IMG/VR virus record: IMGVR_UViG_3300044724_009593
Coordinates: 1 to 57,191 of that record
DNA from: a virus
Taxonomy: Duplodnaviria > Caudoviricetes
Strand: one strand, 5' to 3'
Length of the DNA: 57,191 bases
A program made the position numbers and the translations under genes. The notes below the pieces were generated by a model that saw nothing but the letters and a program-made list of their open reading frames with translations, had not been told where the DNA came from and did no database searches. This document shows, one piece after another, positions 36,596 to 47,084 of the stretch. Numbering within the stretch: position 1 is the stretch's first letter; the number at the start of each line of letters is the position of its first letter.

Positions 36596-39500
36596 TTGAA
36601 TTTCCTAATTTCTTTTCTAGTTCATCGATTTTTTTGTCCATTTGTTTTAACGCTGCAAGTAGAACAACTGTAATTTTTTGATATTCTAATTTTAAAAATT
36701 CAGTAGATCCTTTTCTTGCTACTAATTCAGGAAAATATTTTTCTACATCCTGCGCCAAAAGTCCTATTTCAATATTGTCCTTTTTATTAAATAAAACCTT
36801 TGCTTCATTATTCCATTTAAACTTAACAGGATTTACATTACGGACAAAATCCATACCATCTTCAATCTCCTCAAGTACATCTTTTAATCTTGCATCTGAA
36901 GTATATTCTGATGTGATATCACCTGTAGCATTAATATTACCAGTTGCTGCTTCAAAGTAGATTGTAGAATTTCCGGCACTATCTTTAACAATGATGTCAT
37001 TGTTAGTTGCATTATCAAAGTACAAACCAGATTGGTTTGTACTTCCCCCAACACTATAATCCGTATGTTGAATTGCATCTGTAAATAATTTTTGTACAGA
37101 TGGTTCAGCTTGTAGATCAATAGTAATGTTACCATCTAAATCACTTAGAGTATCAATATTGCTTCCGCCAATAAATTGTATTGTTTGCCCGCCTGAAACT
37201 GCCCTGACAGTTGAATCGTCTCCCGTAATCCTCCAAACGCCGCTTCCGTCACCTACCGCTGTATTTGCGAACGTGATTGTTTTGTTTACATTATCAAAGC
37301 TAATTCCAATTCCTGGACCAGGTATCCATGTTAATGGCTCATGTCCTGTTGCAACTAAATCAATTGCTCCTTCAGTTTCCCATGTCCTGAAAGATGCCAT
37401 GCTAATTTTTACATCACGATTTCCCAAATCAGTGATGCTAAATCCACTTTCTTCATCAAACTTTATGGTTTTATTATCATCTACAACAGATTGCACGGTA
37501 TCTACACTATCAACCGTGTTTACATCTATACCAGCAAAGATAGTCAGTGAGCCATTACTTGCACTCTGTGTATAGACGTTTGTATCGCCTATAATTGATA
37601 ATGTATCCCCTGACCCTAATTCCCGTAAGACTGCATCGGTTCCAGTAAAATTAAAACTAAATGTTACATTTGAAATAGCATTATCAATATACAATTGTGT
37701 GATAGAATCGCTTGAAAGTAATAAACTAGACGTTGTTAATGCTCTTCCTATTGTACCATATTCTGTTTGCGTTAATGTTAGTGATCCGTCTGCTGCTAAA
37801 AAATATTCTTCATTAACAATTAAATTTTGTTGTCCAAAGGCAATTTGTCCATTTACATAAACCTGCCCGTCATTTGATGTAGCAATATTTTCTTTTGCTA
37901 TTCCAATGTAATCATCTGCATTACTAGTCGTGGTTGTAAAAGATGTGTTATATACAACCACTTCGCCTGTACCAGTAGCTTGATTTTTGTAGGCTATATA
38001 AACTGCGTTATTTGTTGAATCAGTTGTGGCATGCGACTCATAATAAGGATTATCTACCAAATCTGGTGCATCTAGGTTCAGTGCAGTTTTAGAAGAATTC
38101 AGTGTGCTGCTTATTGCATCGCCATTACCATTGGATACATCTTTATATACAAACACAATGCGATTCGTGTTTCTTACAAATGTAAGTGTTAAATCGCTAA
38201 CATTACCGTTATGAAAATCATTGACTCCATTTGCGCCAAAACCATTACCTATTACATTGACAACGACATAGCTTCCTTTTGTGTTTGTCGTATCTCTATA
38301 GGCAATTACGAGTTTATTCTCTTGTTGAACAATTGTGAGGGCAATTGTATCTTTTGATATAGTTGGTTCAATCGCTAGTTTGTCACTTGTGTTAAGCGTT
38401 AATATATTACCCGATATGCTTGCTGATAATAAGAACACCGGGCCTGCTGTTAATTTATAAGCTAAGATCATTAAATTTAAACTACTGTCAAAATCTAAAG
38501 AAAGTTCGCTGACAGCAACATTATCTATATCTTGGGCAGTTCCATACGTAAACAAAAGGCTACCATCTACTTCTCCTAGAAATGCTTTTGCTTTATTACT
38601 GTCACCATTATCGATATAGGTGATAAAAATTCTATTTTGTATTGGATCAAATTTAACGACAATATTATTATTACCAGCAGTAGCATTAAAAACGACAGGA
38701 GATTTCATAACTACCGACAATCCTGCTACTTCAACGACACGAGCAGTACCATTATAAAAAACCACAAAGCAATTTCTATTTGGAAGAAAAATAGAACTGG
38801 TAATATATCCAGTAGAATCTAATTGGACAGCACTACCAGTATCAATAGTTCCGTCATCTTTGAATTCTGCAACAACGATCTTAGTTTCATTGTTAGTTAT
38901 ATCATTATAGGTAACTATAGCTTTTTTATTATCATTATATGCTATAAAAATATCTTGATGATTTACAGTATTTTCAAATACCTTTGCTGTATTAGTTGTT
39001 CCTGCTGTATTGCTGTATGTAGCATAAACCGCTTCGATTTCACCATCTGATCGTAATGCTACAGGTTGTCCTTCCCTAACAAAGGAGTTTGCTGTAAATG
39101 TCGGAGACAGATCTGTGATGCCATAACCTGCAAAAGTGTTAGGTAAATTTAAAATTTTATCAAACGATGTCTCAGGAAATAATTGTATGTGAGTAGCACT
39201 TAAAGCTCTACCTGCAACTCCAAACTCAGTAGGTGTGGTAGACAATTGTCCATCAGCAGTGACATAATAAACTTCATTTGGTGTTAAATTTACTTGGGCT
39301 CTATCAACTGATCCTCTGAGATTTACTTTACCTTCTTCTCCAATTGTTGCATCATCATCGGCAATTCCAATAAATTTGTTAGCGTTTCCTCCAGCTGTAA
39401 CCTCACTCGTAAAAATTGTTACTATGCCTTTGTATGTCAAATTCACATCAGCATAAGCAACTACAGTTTTATTTTGAGAAGCATCAAATACGCTATGGAC

Positions 39501-41822
39501 GTAATCTACATCGTTGTTAGCACCATTTGCGAAAAGGAATTCATCTGTGAAAGTCATTGTGTAATTGTCTACATCAACAGTAGCAATTTTGATCTTCCCA
39601 ATTGAATCAGCTGCATAAGAAATAACAAATCTAACTTTCTCTATGTCGTACACAACTGCAGTTTCAGTAACTGTTCCAGAATCAAATTCAAAAGGAGAAC
39701 CAAAAGTAATAAGGCTTCCACTTAAACTACCTAAGACTGCATAACCTTTTGATGAATTACCTCCATCAACATAAGTTAGCAAAAATCTATCTAAAGTGTC
39801 GCTCCAAGCTAAACTGATATTAGTTACAGGTCCGCTATTATTAGAAAATACATAGTGTGGCCCAACACTGAAACTTGTGCCAGTTGCATCTGTCCATATT
39901 AAATTAGCATAACCATATCCAGTGGCACCGTCTTGATACACTAGTAAAGAAAAATCATCAGCTACAACGCCATCGCCTGGTACATTACTAACACTCGTAA
40001 TATGAGACATTGTTTCAGCAGTGTTAATGCTCATACCCGACAAGTAACCCAATGTTACTGTATTTCCTATTACGGAAGCTAGTCTTACAAAACCTCTATT
40101 TGATTCCCCCCTATAGGAAATGACTAAAACACCTGCCAGTTCATCGTAAGTAATCGAATTATATATACCCTGGAAACCATTTGAAAATTCTATCGGAGTT
40201 CCGTAATTTATTATTTTTGTACTTGGATTATAAGTACCAACTACTACATATCCTTTATTAGAATTATTAACATCGGTGTACGCTATTGCAATTCTACTGC
40301 TTGGCATATATGTAACAGATACAAAATCAACTTCATCTTGGTAAAATAAAGCGCGGCCTCCGTAACTTGCCAAACCGTTACTAATCTCGCCTATCCGAGC
40401 GTAACCATAACCTGTTGTTGCTAGATTTTTATAAACTATTACATGCGTATTATCACTGTCATTATAAGCTGCAGCTAGATCGTATACTTCTTCACCAGTA
40501 TCGTTAGCAAAGTTAATAGGAACTGAGTTGCTACTAGGCGTTAAGATGTCACCTCCTACAAATTGTCCTGTAGGTGTTATCTTATTATTTTGATCCGTTA
40601 CAACTAACTCTCCTTTTGTTACAGCTTCACTAGCTTCATAGAATTTTTGATTATCACCAAGTGTTTCTTGTAAGCTATAGGTTCCGTCACCGTCTGATGT
40701 CAGAACTAAACCTTGAGTTGCGCTAGAACTTGTATCTACATCTGATAAACTAGTAAGGGAACCAGCTGTGAAGGTTTGGAAGGAAAACGATCCATCACCA
40801 TCCGAAGCTAATACTTGTCCTAGTGTTGATGTTGCATCAACGTCAATTAATCCTGTAAGTGTTGTACTGACACTTGCTGCCCATGTAAAAGTACCATTTC
40901 CATTTGCATATAGAATATTATCTTGGGAAGGAGAATTAGTAATTTCAAGTAGATCACTAACATTGCCGGTAAACGCATCAGTAATTCCGTATCCTGCTAT
41001 TGTAGTAGGTACGTTTAATAGACTCGTAAACTCTCCGTCGAAATGGGCTGCACTTACCGCAGCTATTTGGGCGTCAACATAAGTTTTAGTTGTATAGTTT
41101 ACATTATTATTTAGAACATCTATATTATCATTAGGTTGTACTGCTGATTCTGCTAAATTTCCTTGTGTATTTGTAGCTGCATCAGTTATTCCATATCCAG
41201 CTAGTGTAGTTGGAAGGTTTAGCAAACTGCTGAACTGAGCATCAAATGCAGTAGCAGCGAGTTGGTATGGTGATAAATCTGGACCTTCAATCGTTAAGTT
41301 GCCTTCACTATCACTATAAGTTGCTATATTTCTAATTCCAGAAAATTTAATACTTTCTGTTATAGGAACCGAAATTATTGTACTATCGTCAGCTGCTATC
41401 TTAATAGGAATACTAGAAAAATCAACGTCGATACGGATGTCGTTTAGGTTATCCCTTGTAAGATTTATTCCCCAACCTTCTTTCAGCTGTATGTTTGTAG
41501 GTAAGGATGTATCAACCGATGCTGCATAACTTGTAATAACATCTACACTATTGGCAACATTGCTCCTAACTTCTACTTTTGTATTATAGCCTAGTACTAA
41601 TTTTTCACCAGTTGACACCGCTCTCAAACTAGTTCGGTTAGGCAATAAGACGTTTTTTAGGTAATAGGCACCATTTATCACGATGTCAACTGTAATAATC
41701 AAATCTGTGACATTAGTCAAACTCAACCCTATTAAGGTATATCTTTCAAATGCGGTTGAGGAAAGGACTTCTGTTAACTCTGTGCCTATATTTTTTACTA
41801 CTCTATTACCAATTACTGCCAT
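36573..41822 (-). CDS. Long tail fibre/receptor-binding protein with duplicated propeller-like region and C-terminal S74 chaperone
   Basis: 1749 aa; PTTxAGYGITD repeats; two copies of a module ending FIGIA/YIGIA..NL..NExY..ADGxL..TE(F/Y)G..GRAL; TSDARLK..GLLAQDVEKYFPELV. Confidence 0.9.
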   Translation of the reverse strand: MAVIGNRVVKNIGTELTEVLSSTAFERYTLIGLSLTNVTDLIITVDIVINGAYYLKNVLLPNRTSLRAVSTGEKLVLGYNTKVEVRSNVANSVDVITSYAASVDTSLPTNIQLKEGWGINLTRDNLNDIRIDVDFSSIPIKIAADDSTIISVPITESIKFSGIRNIATYSDSEGNLTIEGPDLSPYQLAATAFDAQFSSLLNLPTTLAGYGITDAATNTQGNLAESAVQPNDNIDVLNNNVNYTTKTYVDAQIAAVSAAHFDGEFTSLLNVPTTIAGYGITDAFTGNVSDLLEITNSPSQDNILYANGNGTFTWAASVSTTLTGLIDVDATSTLGQVLASDGDGSFSFQTFTAGSLTSLSDVDTSSSATQGLVLTSDGDGTYSLQETLGDNQKFYEASEAVTKGELVVTDQNNKITPTGQFVGGDILTPSSNSVPINFANDTGEEVYDLAAAYNDSDNTHVIVYKNLATTGYGYARIGEISNGLASYGGRALFYQDEVDFVSVTYMPSSRIAIAYTDVNNSNKGYVVVGTYNPSTKIINYGTPIEFSNGFQGIYNSITYDELAGVLVISYRGESNRGFVRLASVIGNTVTLGYLSGMSINTAETMSHITSVSNVPGDGVVADDFSLLVYQDGATGYGYANLIWTDATGTSFSVGPHYVFSNNSGPVTNISLAWSDTLDRFLLTYVDGGNSSKGYAVLGSLSGSLITFGSPFEFDSGTVTETAVVYDIEKVRFVISYAADSIGKIKIATVDVDNYTMTFTDEFLFANGANNDVDYVHSVFDASQNKTVVAYADVNLTYKGIVTIFTSEVTAGGNANKFIGIADDDATIGEEGKVNLRGSVDRAQVNLTPNEVYYVTADGQLSTTPTEFGVAGRALSATHIQLFPETSFDKILNLPNTFAGYGITDLSPTFTANSFVREGQPVALRSDGEIEAVYATYSNTAGTTNTAKVFENTVNHQDIFIAYNDNKKAIVTYNDITNNETKIVVAEFKDDGTIDTGSAVQLDSTGYITSSIFLPNRNCFVVFYNGTARVVEVAGLSVVMKSPVVFNATAGNNNIVVKFDPIQNRIFITYIDNGDSNKAKAFLGEVDGSLLFTYGTAQDIDNVAVSELSLDFDSSLNLMILAYKLTAGPVFLLSASISGNILTLNTSDKLAIEPTISKDTIALTIVQQENKLVIAYRDTTNTKGSYVVVNVIGNGFGANGVNDFHNGNVSDLTLTFVRNTNRIVFVYKDVSNGNGDAISSTLNSSKTALNLDAPDLVDNPYYESHATTDSTNNAVYIAYKNQATGTGEVVVYNTSFTTTTSNADDYIGIAKENIATSNDGQVYVNGQIAFGQQNLIVNEEYFLAADGSLTLTQTEYGTIGRALTTSSLLLSSDSITQLYIDNAISNVTFSFNFTGTDAVLRELGSGDTLSIIGDTNVYTQSASNGSLTIFAGIDVNTVDSVDTVQSVVDDNKTIKFDEESGFSITDLGNRDVKISMASFRTWETEGAIDLVATGHEPLTWIPGPGIGISFDNVNKTITFANTAVGDGSGVWRITGDDSTVRAVSGGQTIQFIGGSNIDTLSDLDGNITIDLQAEPSVQKLFTDAIQHTDYSVGGSTNQSGLYFDNATNNDIIVKDSAGNSTIYFEAATGNINATGDITSEYTSDARLKDVLEEIEDGMDFVRNVNPVKFKWNNEAKVLFNKKDNIEIGLLAQDVEKYFPELVARKGSTEFLKLEYQKITVVLLAALKQMDKKIDELEKKLGNSNGTTTSV

Positions 41823-41850
41823 AAAATTTCCTATTACCAGTATTTATTTG

Positions 41851-43425
41851 TTATCCAAAAGCCATTATCTGCAAAAATATATCGTCCTCTTCAAATATGA
41901 TAGCATTTTCAGCCTGGTTGACTCTAAGATATGCTCCCCCAAATGTATCATATGACGATGGGGTATCAATCATAGCCCTAAAATTTGTTACTCCATCTAC
42001 AGCATTTCCTGTAATTTGGGTATTTAATTTGTTAACTAATTGTTGATAGCTAATTGCGTAAAGACGTTCGTTTGCAAAATCTCTAACCATGAATTCATCA
42101 CCTGATGAAATATCAGGTAGTAAATTTGTTTCTGTGATGTCATCTAAATTTGCAATAATTTTGTCATTGACACCTAATGTAACAATTGGTCCAGTATCAG
42201 AACTTACTCGCTCAATACCTTCTGTTGGAGCAAAATCAGCAGGCAAATCTGGCCTGACATTTGAAGGGTCAAATTTACGAAGTTCAAATACACCATTACC
42301 TACATCAATTGCACCTAAAAAAGTAGTATTTGTGCCAGTTGTTTCTAGCTCAGTTGCTGTAGTTTGATTTATCACAGCATCAACAGTTAATGCAGTTGTA
42401 ATAGCAGTTTTACCAGTGCCAGTAACATGTCCTGATATTGTAATGTCTTGGTTTTCTTGTAGGTATGTGTTAGTATCTATTGTAATTATAGCATTTTGTC
42501 TTACTAAAAAACCATCAGTAGTAAAATCCGATTCTCTTAAAGAATCTCCTGACAATAATAATTGGAATTTATATGCCGTGTTAGCTGGATTTTGTTGGAA
42601 CGCAACTCTTTCTAAAACGACATAGGTAGAACCTTGATATACAAGTATATCGCCTTTATAATAACCTTCGTAGCTCGTTGGATCATATTCTCCTACCCAG
42701 TCAAAACCTTGGACTAAAAGTTCCCAAGAACTATTAATACTTCCGTCTGCATTTACAGGAATATTAGTTGTAGTTTCTGCAGTAACAACGTAAGTAGAGC
42801 CATGGAATACAACTGTATCACTCAGTTCATAAATTGTGTTTGCCGTCCATTGTCCTTTTGGATCTAACCTTCCATCTAGTCTATCAAATTTATCAGGATC
42901 AGTTTCCGGATTTTCTCCCGGCGAAACTACATCAACTGCTAACCATAGTGTACCATCATAGGTAACCATATCGCCTGGATCTAAATTTTGTGTGCTGTCA
43001 AAATCAGGCACATAATTTCCAAATCCTTTAGCTAAAATTTGCCAATATCCTGCATTGTTGTTATAATCAACTAAAGGAGTTGGTCTGCCAGTAGGTACTT
43101 CTGTAAGGGCAATAAATGTATTAGGACCGTACTTTACAATTTGATTTTCATAGTAAATTAGATCAGATGTTTGATTTGGTCCACCGTCACTCCATTGTCC
43201 TACAAACTGTACACCGGTTGTAATCTGTAAAAAACTTGCTTGCCCATTTACAGTAGGAGGCCTATTACCAGTGTCGCTATCGTCTACCACAACTGATGTT
43301 GCTGTTACTACATAAAGAGATCCGCCATATGTAACAGCATCAAAAAATTCTAACGTGCTTCCATTAAGGGTAGAAAATTCTCCCTTAAATACCATTCGCA
43401 CTCTACCAAGATTAAGTGTAGCCAT
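41851..43425 (-). CDS. Tail/baseplate structural protein with CBM5/12-like repeats
   Basis: MATLNLGRVR start; repeated GxW..Y..D.V.YxGSxY..W units. Confidence 0.75.
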   Translation of the reverse strand: MATLNLGRVRMVFKGEFSTLNGSTLEFFDAVTYGGSLYVVTATSVVVDDSDTGNRPPTVNGQASFLQITTGVQFVGQWSDGGPNQTSDLIYYENQIVKYGPNTFIALTEVPTGRPTPLVDYNNNAGYWQILAKGFGNYVPDFDSTQNLDPGDMVTYDGTLWLAVDVVSPGENPETDPDKFDRLDGRLDPKGQWTANTIYELSDTVVFHGSTYVVTAETTTNIPVNADGSINSSWELLVQGFDWVGEYDPTSYEGYYKGDILVYQGSTYVVLERVAFQQNPANTAYKFQLLLSGDSLRESDFTTDGFLVRQNAIITIDTNTYLQENQDITISGHVTGTGKTAITTALTVDAVINQTTATELETTGTNTTFLGAIDVGNGVFELRKFDPSNVRPDLPADFAPTEGIERVSSDTGPIVTLGVNDKIIANLDDITETNLLPDISSGDEFMVRDFANERLYAISYQQLVNKLNTQITGNAVDGVTNFRAMIDTPSSYDTFGGAYLRVNQAENAIIFEEDDIFLQIMAFG

Positions 43426-43428
43426 AAA

Positions 43429-44661
43429 TTATATTCCATCACTCAGTACAAATTCTCCATTATTATTAATGAAAGCATTGTTTTCTGTAAATGTATCCAC
43501 ATGAGTTAATATTAAATCACCGTCGTTATCTATACTCATGTCTATAATAACTCCTAATAAATCACCCCCACCAGGAGGAGCAGATGAATCTGCTCCTGGT
43601 ATCCATTCATATCCATTCCATTTCAGGACATCACCAACTTCTACTGAACTATCGTATGCAACATCAAATAAATCATTAAGGCCTCTTGCTGTACTATCTG
43701 CATCAGGTACCCATTGGGTTCCATTCCAAGTTAATGTGTCACCTATTTGTACATCAGCTTCATTATATGATACATCAGTTAATTCATTTAAATTAGTTGC
43801 GCCTCCAGTACCTCCGCCAGTTGCAGATAATGTGATAGTTTGATATGGAGATCCATTAGGATCTAACGCAATATTAATTCCTGCACCAGCAACAAATTCG
43901 ACTACATCTAAACCAGTTGCAACTAAATCTTGTGACCCAACTGATTTCCAAGTTTTGAATGTAGAATTCATTTGGACTTTTACAATACCAGATCCTAAGT
44001 CAACTACATCAAATCCGCTATCAGTATCAAACCTTATTGCTGTAACATCAGTTGTATTACTTAGGAGAGTATTATTAGTATCGACTACACCAACTGATAA
44101 CGGAGTTGGCTTGTCTGTTAGATCATTATAGCTGCCACTAAACAATGTAGGTAGATTTGTTAAGTCATTATAATCACCACTAAACAGAGTTGGTTTATCT
44201 GTTAGATCATTATAGCTGCCACTAAACAATGTAGGTAGATTTGTTAAGTCATTATAATCACCACTAAACAGAGTTGGTTTATCTGTTAGATCATTATAGC
44301 TGCCACTAAATGCATTTGAAATTAGTTGGTATATTGATAAGTCTGGAGTGTTTATTAGATTATTATAATCGCCATCAAATACAGTTTGATCTACAAATTC
44401 AAGACCACTAGCATCTAGCTTAACTTTAACAAAGTAACCTTCTGATCCAATATAGGTACTAGGAGTATCAAACAATTGTCTAAAAATTGTAGCGCCACCG
44501 CCACCTCCAGCACCTAAGGGAATACCACCTGGTGTTGTGCCATCAGATAGCCTAAGTTCTCCTGTATCAGGATCAAAGAAGATATTTCCAATTTCACCTA
44601 TAAAGGTATTAAGAGTGGTCTTTTTGACAAGACCGGCTTTGATTTTCCTAATGCCTGCCAA
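43429..44661 (-). CDS. Tail-fibre-like structural protein with 14-aa repeats
   Basis: GEIGNIFFD..LRLSDGTTPGG head; LFSG(S/D)YNDLT repeats; LNxLxDV..GDxLxWNG repeats. Confidence 0.8.
   Translation of the reverse strand: MAGIRKIKAGLVKKTTLNTFIGEIGNIFFDPDTGELRLSDGTTPGGIPLGAGGGGGATIFRQLFDTPSTYIGSEGYFVKVKLDASGLEFVDQTVFDGDYNNLINTPDLSIYQLISNAFSGSYNDLTDKPTLFSGDYNDLTNLPTLFSGSYNDLTDKPTLFSGDYNDLTNLPTLFSGSYNDLTDKPTPLSVGVVDTNNTLLSNTTDVTAIRFDTDSGFDVVDLGSGIVKVQMNSTFKTWKSVGSQDLVATGLDVVEFVAGAGINIALDPNGSPYQTITLSATGGGTGGATNLNELTDVSYNEADVQIGDTLTWNGTQWVPDADSTARGLNDLFDVAYDSSVEVGDVLKWNGYEWIPGADSSAPPGGGDLLGVIIDMSIDNDGDLILTHVDTFTENNAFINNNGEFVLSDGI
44103..44310. repeat. 84-bp tandem repeat x2.5 (alternating 42-bp subunits), coding
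   Basis: Units begin at 44103, 44187 and 44271; near-identical DNA. Confidence 0.9.
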
Positions 44662-44671
44662 TTAATTCTCC

Positions 44672-44905
44672 TTAGGCAATTTCGTCTTCTTCTGGCTCGT
44701 CTAGAAGTTGTGCTGATACAATAGTTGGCTTACCTTGTTCTGCTTTTTTAAGTTCTAATTCTTGTTGTTGTGGACTTACAAACACAGGTGGTGCATCGTC
44801 AGCTTCAGGCTCATCCTGTGCTCCAGGCATATCTACTTCAGGATCACCGTCACCGTTTATTTTAATGTTAATAGGTACATTTATTGTAAATTCTCTTGCT
44901 CTCAT
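44672..44905 (-). CDS. Small acidic protein (MRAREF start)
   Basis: 77 aa; ATAAATA motif at 44923-44929. Confidence 0.7.
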   Translation of the reverse strand: MRAREFTINVPINIKINGDGDPEVDMPGAQDEPEADDAPPVFVSPQQQELELKKAEQGKPTIVSAQLLDEPEEDEIA

Positions 44906-44933
44906 ACTTTAACCTTTTTTAATATTTATCCTG

Positions 44934-46514
44934 TTATATTTCTGTCCAAATCGCTGCACATGATATACGTGAAATATTCTGTGAGCTGCTTACTGCGATA
45001 TTGATTGCACTACCTGGAGGTATCCTTACTTCTAATTCATTTACAGCTAATATAGCACTACCATTGATAGGTAAAACAAATTCTGCCAACGGATGCTCGT
45101 TTGTAATGGTATAAATTCCTTTATCTTTATCTAATATACAACAACTGTAATCAGCTATCTTATAGTATTCATGCGGTATACTTTTAGTTCCATCTAAAAA
45201 CAAATAAACGATTAATGGATCGTTGCCTTGATATGCTAAACTTATTTTCTTAAGTATTGCTTCTCGTAAATTTATTTTATTTTGATATATTAAACGATTT
45301 TTTACAGTCAATATATTGTGTATTGTATTATTCGTAAGGTTTGAAAGTATATTTGATCCTGCTGTTGAGTAATTAGAATCTAACTTGTAACCTTCTAGTG
45401 CTGCCATCATGCTAGCACCCGTGATATGACTATCTGTTCCTGTGTTGGCAGATAAATTAGCAGCAATAAATCCTATCTTAAAACTAGGATTGTCAAGGTG
45501 TACGTCTGTATTCCTATTACTAAATAATTCTTGATGGAAAAATATCATTTCGCCATTGTCTGGATTTTCAAATGAGTATTTTATAATGCCTGCTCCAAGC
45601 CATCTAAATTGTATTTGAAATATATTAATTTTTGTTGTATCTAACAAAACTCCAGAAGGTCCATTTCCATCTAATGTGTCAACATTGAAGTCAGCTTGAT
45701 AAGTCCAGTTTGTTACATCATTAACACCTGTTTGCACCGAACTGAAAGTTGCAGCCGATCCTCCTGAAGTTGCAGTATATGAAAATACCCCTGCTTGTGC
45801 TCCTAGTGAGGTAGAAAGGAATGTTACTGAGTTGTCACATTGTTCGGTAATGTAACCTCCAAAGCTATTACTACTGATACTAACTGCATTTTCTGCTGCA
45901 GTGCTACCTGTGATTGCAATATTATATGCAACTCCATTAAGTGTAATTGTAATATTTCCGGCGCCTGGTGTTGTTATTGTTAATCGTTCAATATGTGCTT
46001 TACCGCCATTCTGCCGCAAAACACCAAAAGTTGTTCCATCATAACCTATGTTTAAGCCTTGTTCTTGTGCAAAGAGGCCTGCCCTTAATGTAGCACCTGC
46101 TTGCGGATTTTCAAAAGATGCTGTAAATCTAGCCATTACTCCTTGTCCAGGCCTATACCTAATTATCCTGTTAGATCTTAAAACTGCATAACCGTAGGCT
46201 CCTGTGCCTGTATGACATTTAAATAATGTACCGGTTGATTCTACTTCTCCTGTTGAAAAAGTAAATTGTTCAAACTCTCGTGGATCAAAATTGTAAAGTG
46301 CATCTAACTGTATTACAGGAGTAATTGGTACAGCTATAGGTTCTCCAAAAGCGGTAGTTTGTGCAGAATTATACGATACCGATTGTGTTCCTACTGTGCG
46401 AAGAACAGGTTGTCCCAGCGCATTATACTGCATTGCTTTATGCAGGTCATATAAGTTACTCTCATTAGGATGATTATAACTTGTAGAATTATTTTCTCCT
46501 CTTTGATAAGCCAT
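44934..46514 (-). CDS. Virion structural protein with lectin/ConA-like beta domain (start reassigned to 46514)
   Basis: TAFGE, RYRPGQG, FRWLGAG motifs; Thr/Gly-rich. Confidence 0.7.
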   Translation of the reverse strand: MAYQRGENNSTSYNHPNESNLYDLHKAMQYNALGQPVLRTVGTQSVSYNSAQTTAFGEPIAVPITPVIQLDALYNFDPREFEQFTFSTGEVESTGTLFKCHTGTGAYGYAVLRSNRIIRYRPGQGVMARFTASFENPQAGATLRAGLFAQEQGLNIGYDGTTFGVLRQNGGKAHIERLTITTPGAGNITITLNGVAYNIAITGSTAAENAVSISSNSFGGYITEQCDNSVTFLSTSLGAQAGVFSYTATSGGSAATFSSVQTGVNDVTNWTYQADFNVDTLDGNGPSGVLLDTTKINIFQIQFRWLGAGIIKYSFENPDNGEMIFFHQELFSNRNTDVHLDNPSFKIGFIAANLSANTGTDSHITGASMMAALEGYKLDSNYSTAGSNILSNLTNNTIHNILTVKNRLIYQNKINLREAILKKISLAYQGNDPLIVYLFLDGTKSIPHEYYKIADYSCCILDKDKGIYTITNEHPLAEFVLPINGSAILAVNELEVRIPPGSAINIAVSSSQNISRISCAAIWTEI

Positions 46515-46795
46515 TATGCCCACGGTCTCCCAACAACTAATCCTCCTAGGTTTGCATTATCAATTACATCTTTTGAATTGTTACTAGCAGGATCATAAAC
46601 TGTAGGTAGTTGGTCTATATCTAATATATTCCTAGTTCTATACCAATTAGCTGCAGGATTATCAATTCCATCTGTTACCCAACTTCCATTTCCCTCTGTA
46701 ATAATTTGTCCTTTACGTTTAGCTTCGCTATAAGCAAGTTTTACATCTTGTCTTGCTCTTTTATTTGGTAAATGCGAGATTCCATTTGCTGACAT
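46514..46795 (-). CDS. Small conserved phage protein (MSANGIS start)
   Basis: TAATG-coupled on both sides; ends GLVVGRPWA. Confidence 0.7.
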   Translation of the reverse strand: MSANGISHLPNKRARQDVKLAYSEAKRKGQIITEGNGSWVTDGIDNPAANWYRTRNILDIDQLPTVYDPASNNSKDVIDNANLGGLVVGRPWA

Positions 46796-47082
46796 TATGC
46801 CCATCCCCTAGGGTCTTTTACCCTTAAATCATCTACATGCTTTGCACCATTTAATCCTCCGCCTGCATCAGTTGTTACACTGTCTACATTAGTAACAATT
46901 TCATTAGGCGTGTTAGCATATGGTCCATCGCTTGGATTTTGCAACATTGCAAAAATTTGTTTGAATCTACTTGTTTGCTCACCTGGCTCGTTTGGCACGG
47001 CATCTACTGTTGATGTAGTAGTTCCTGCATTATCTATTATATCCAGCACAGCTCTAATTATATCAGTCGTTGTCATTGTCAA
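46795..47082 (-). CDS. Small phage protein
   Basis: 95 aa; YANTPNE, DAGGGLN motifs. Confidence 0.7.
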   Translation of the reverse strand: MTMTTTDIIRAVLDIIDNAGTTTSTVDAVPNEPGEQTSRFKQIFAMLQNPSDGPYANTPNEIVTNVDSVTTDAGGGLNGAKHVDDLRVKDPRGWA

Positions 47083-47084
47083 TC

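Noticed and set aside
44103-44310. CRISPR array
   Set aside because: Contiguous tandem coding repeats with no unique spacers and no cas operon
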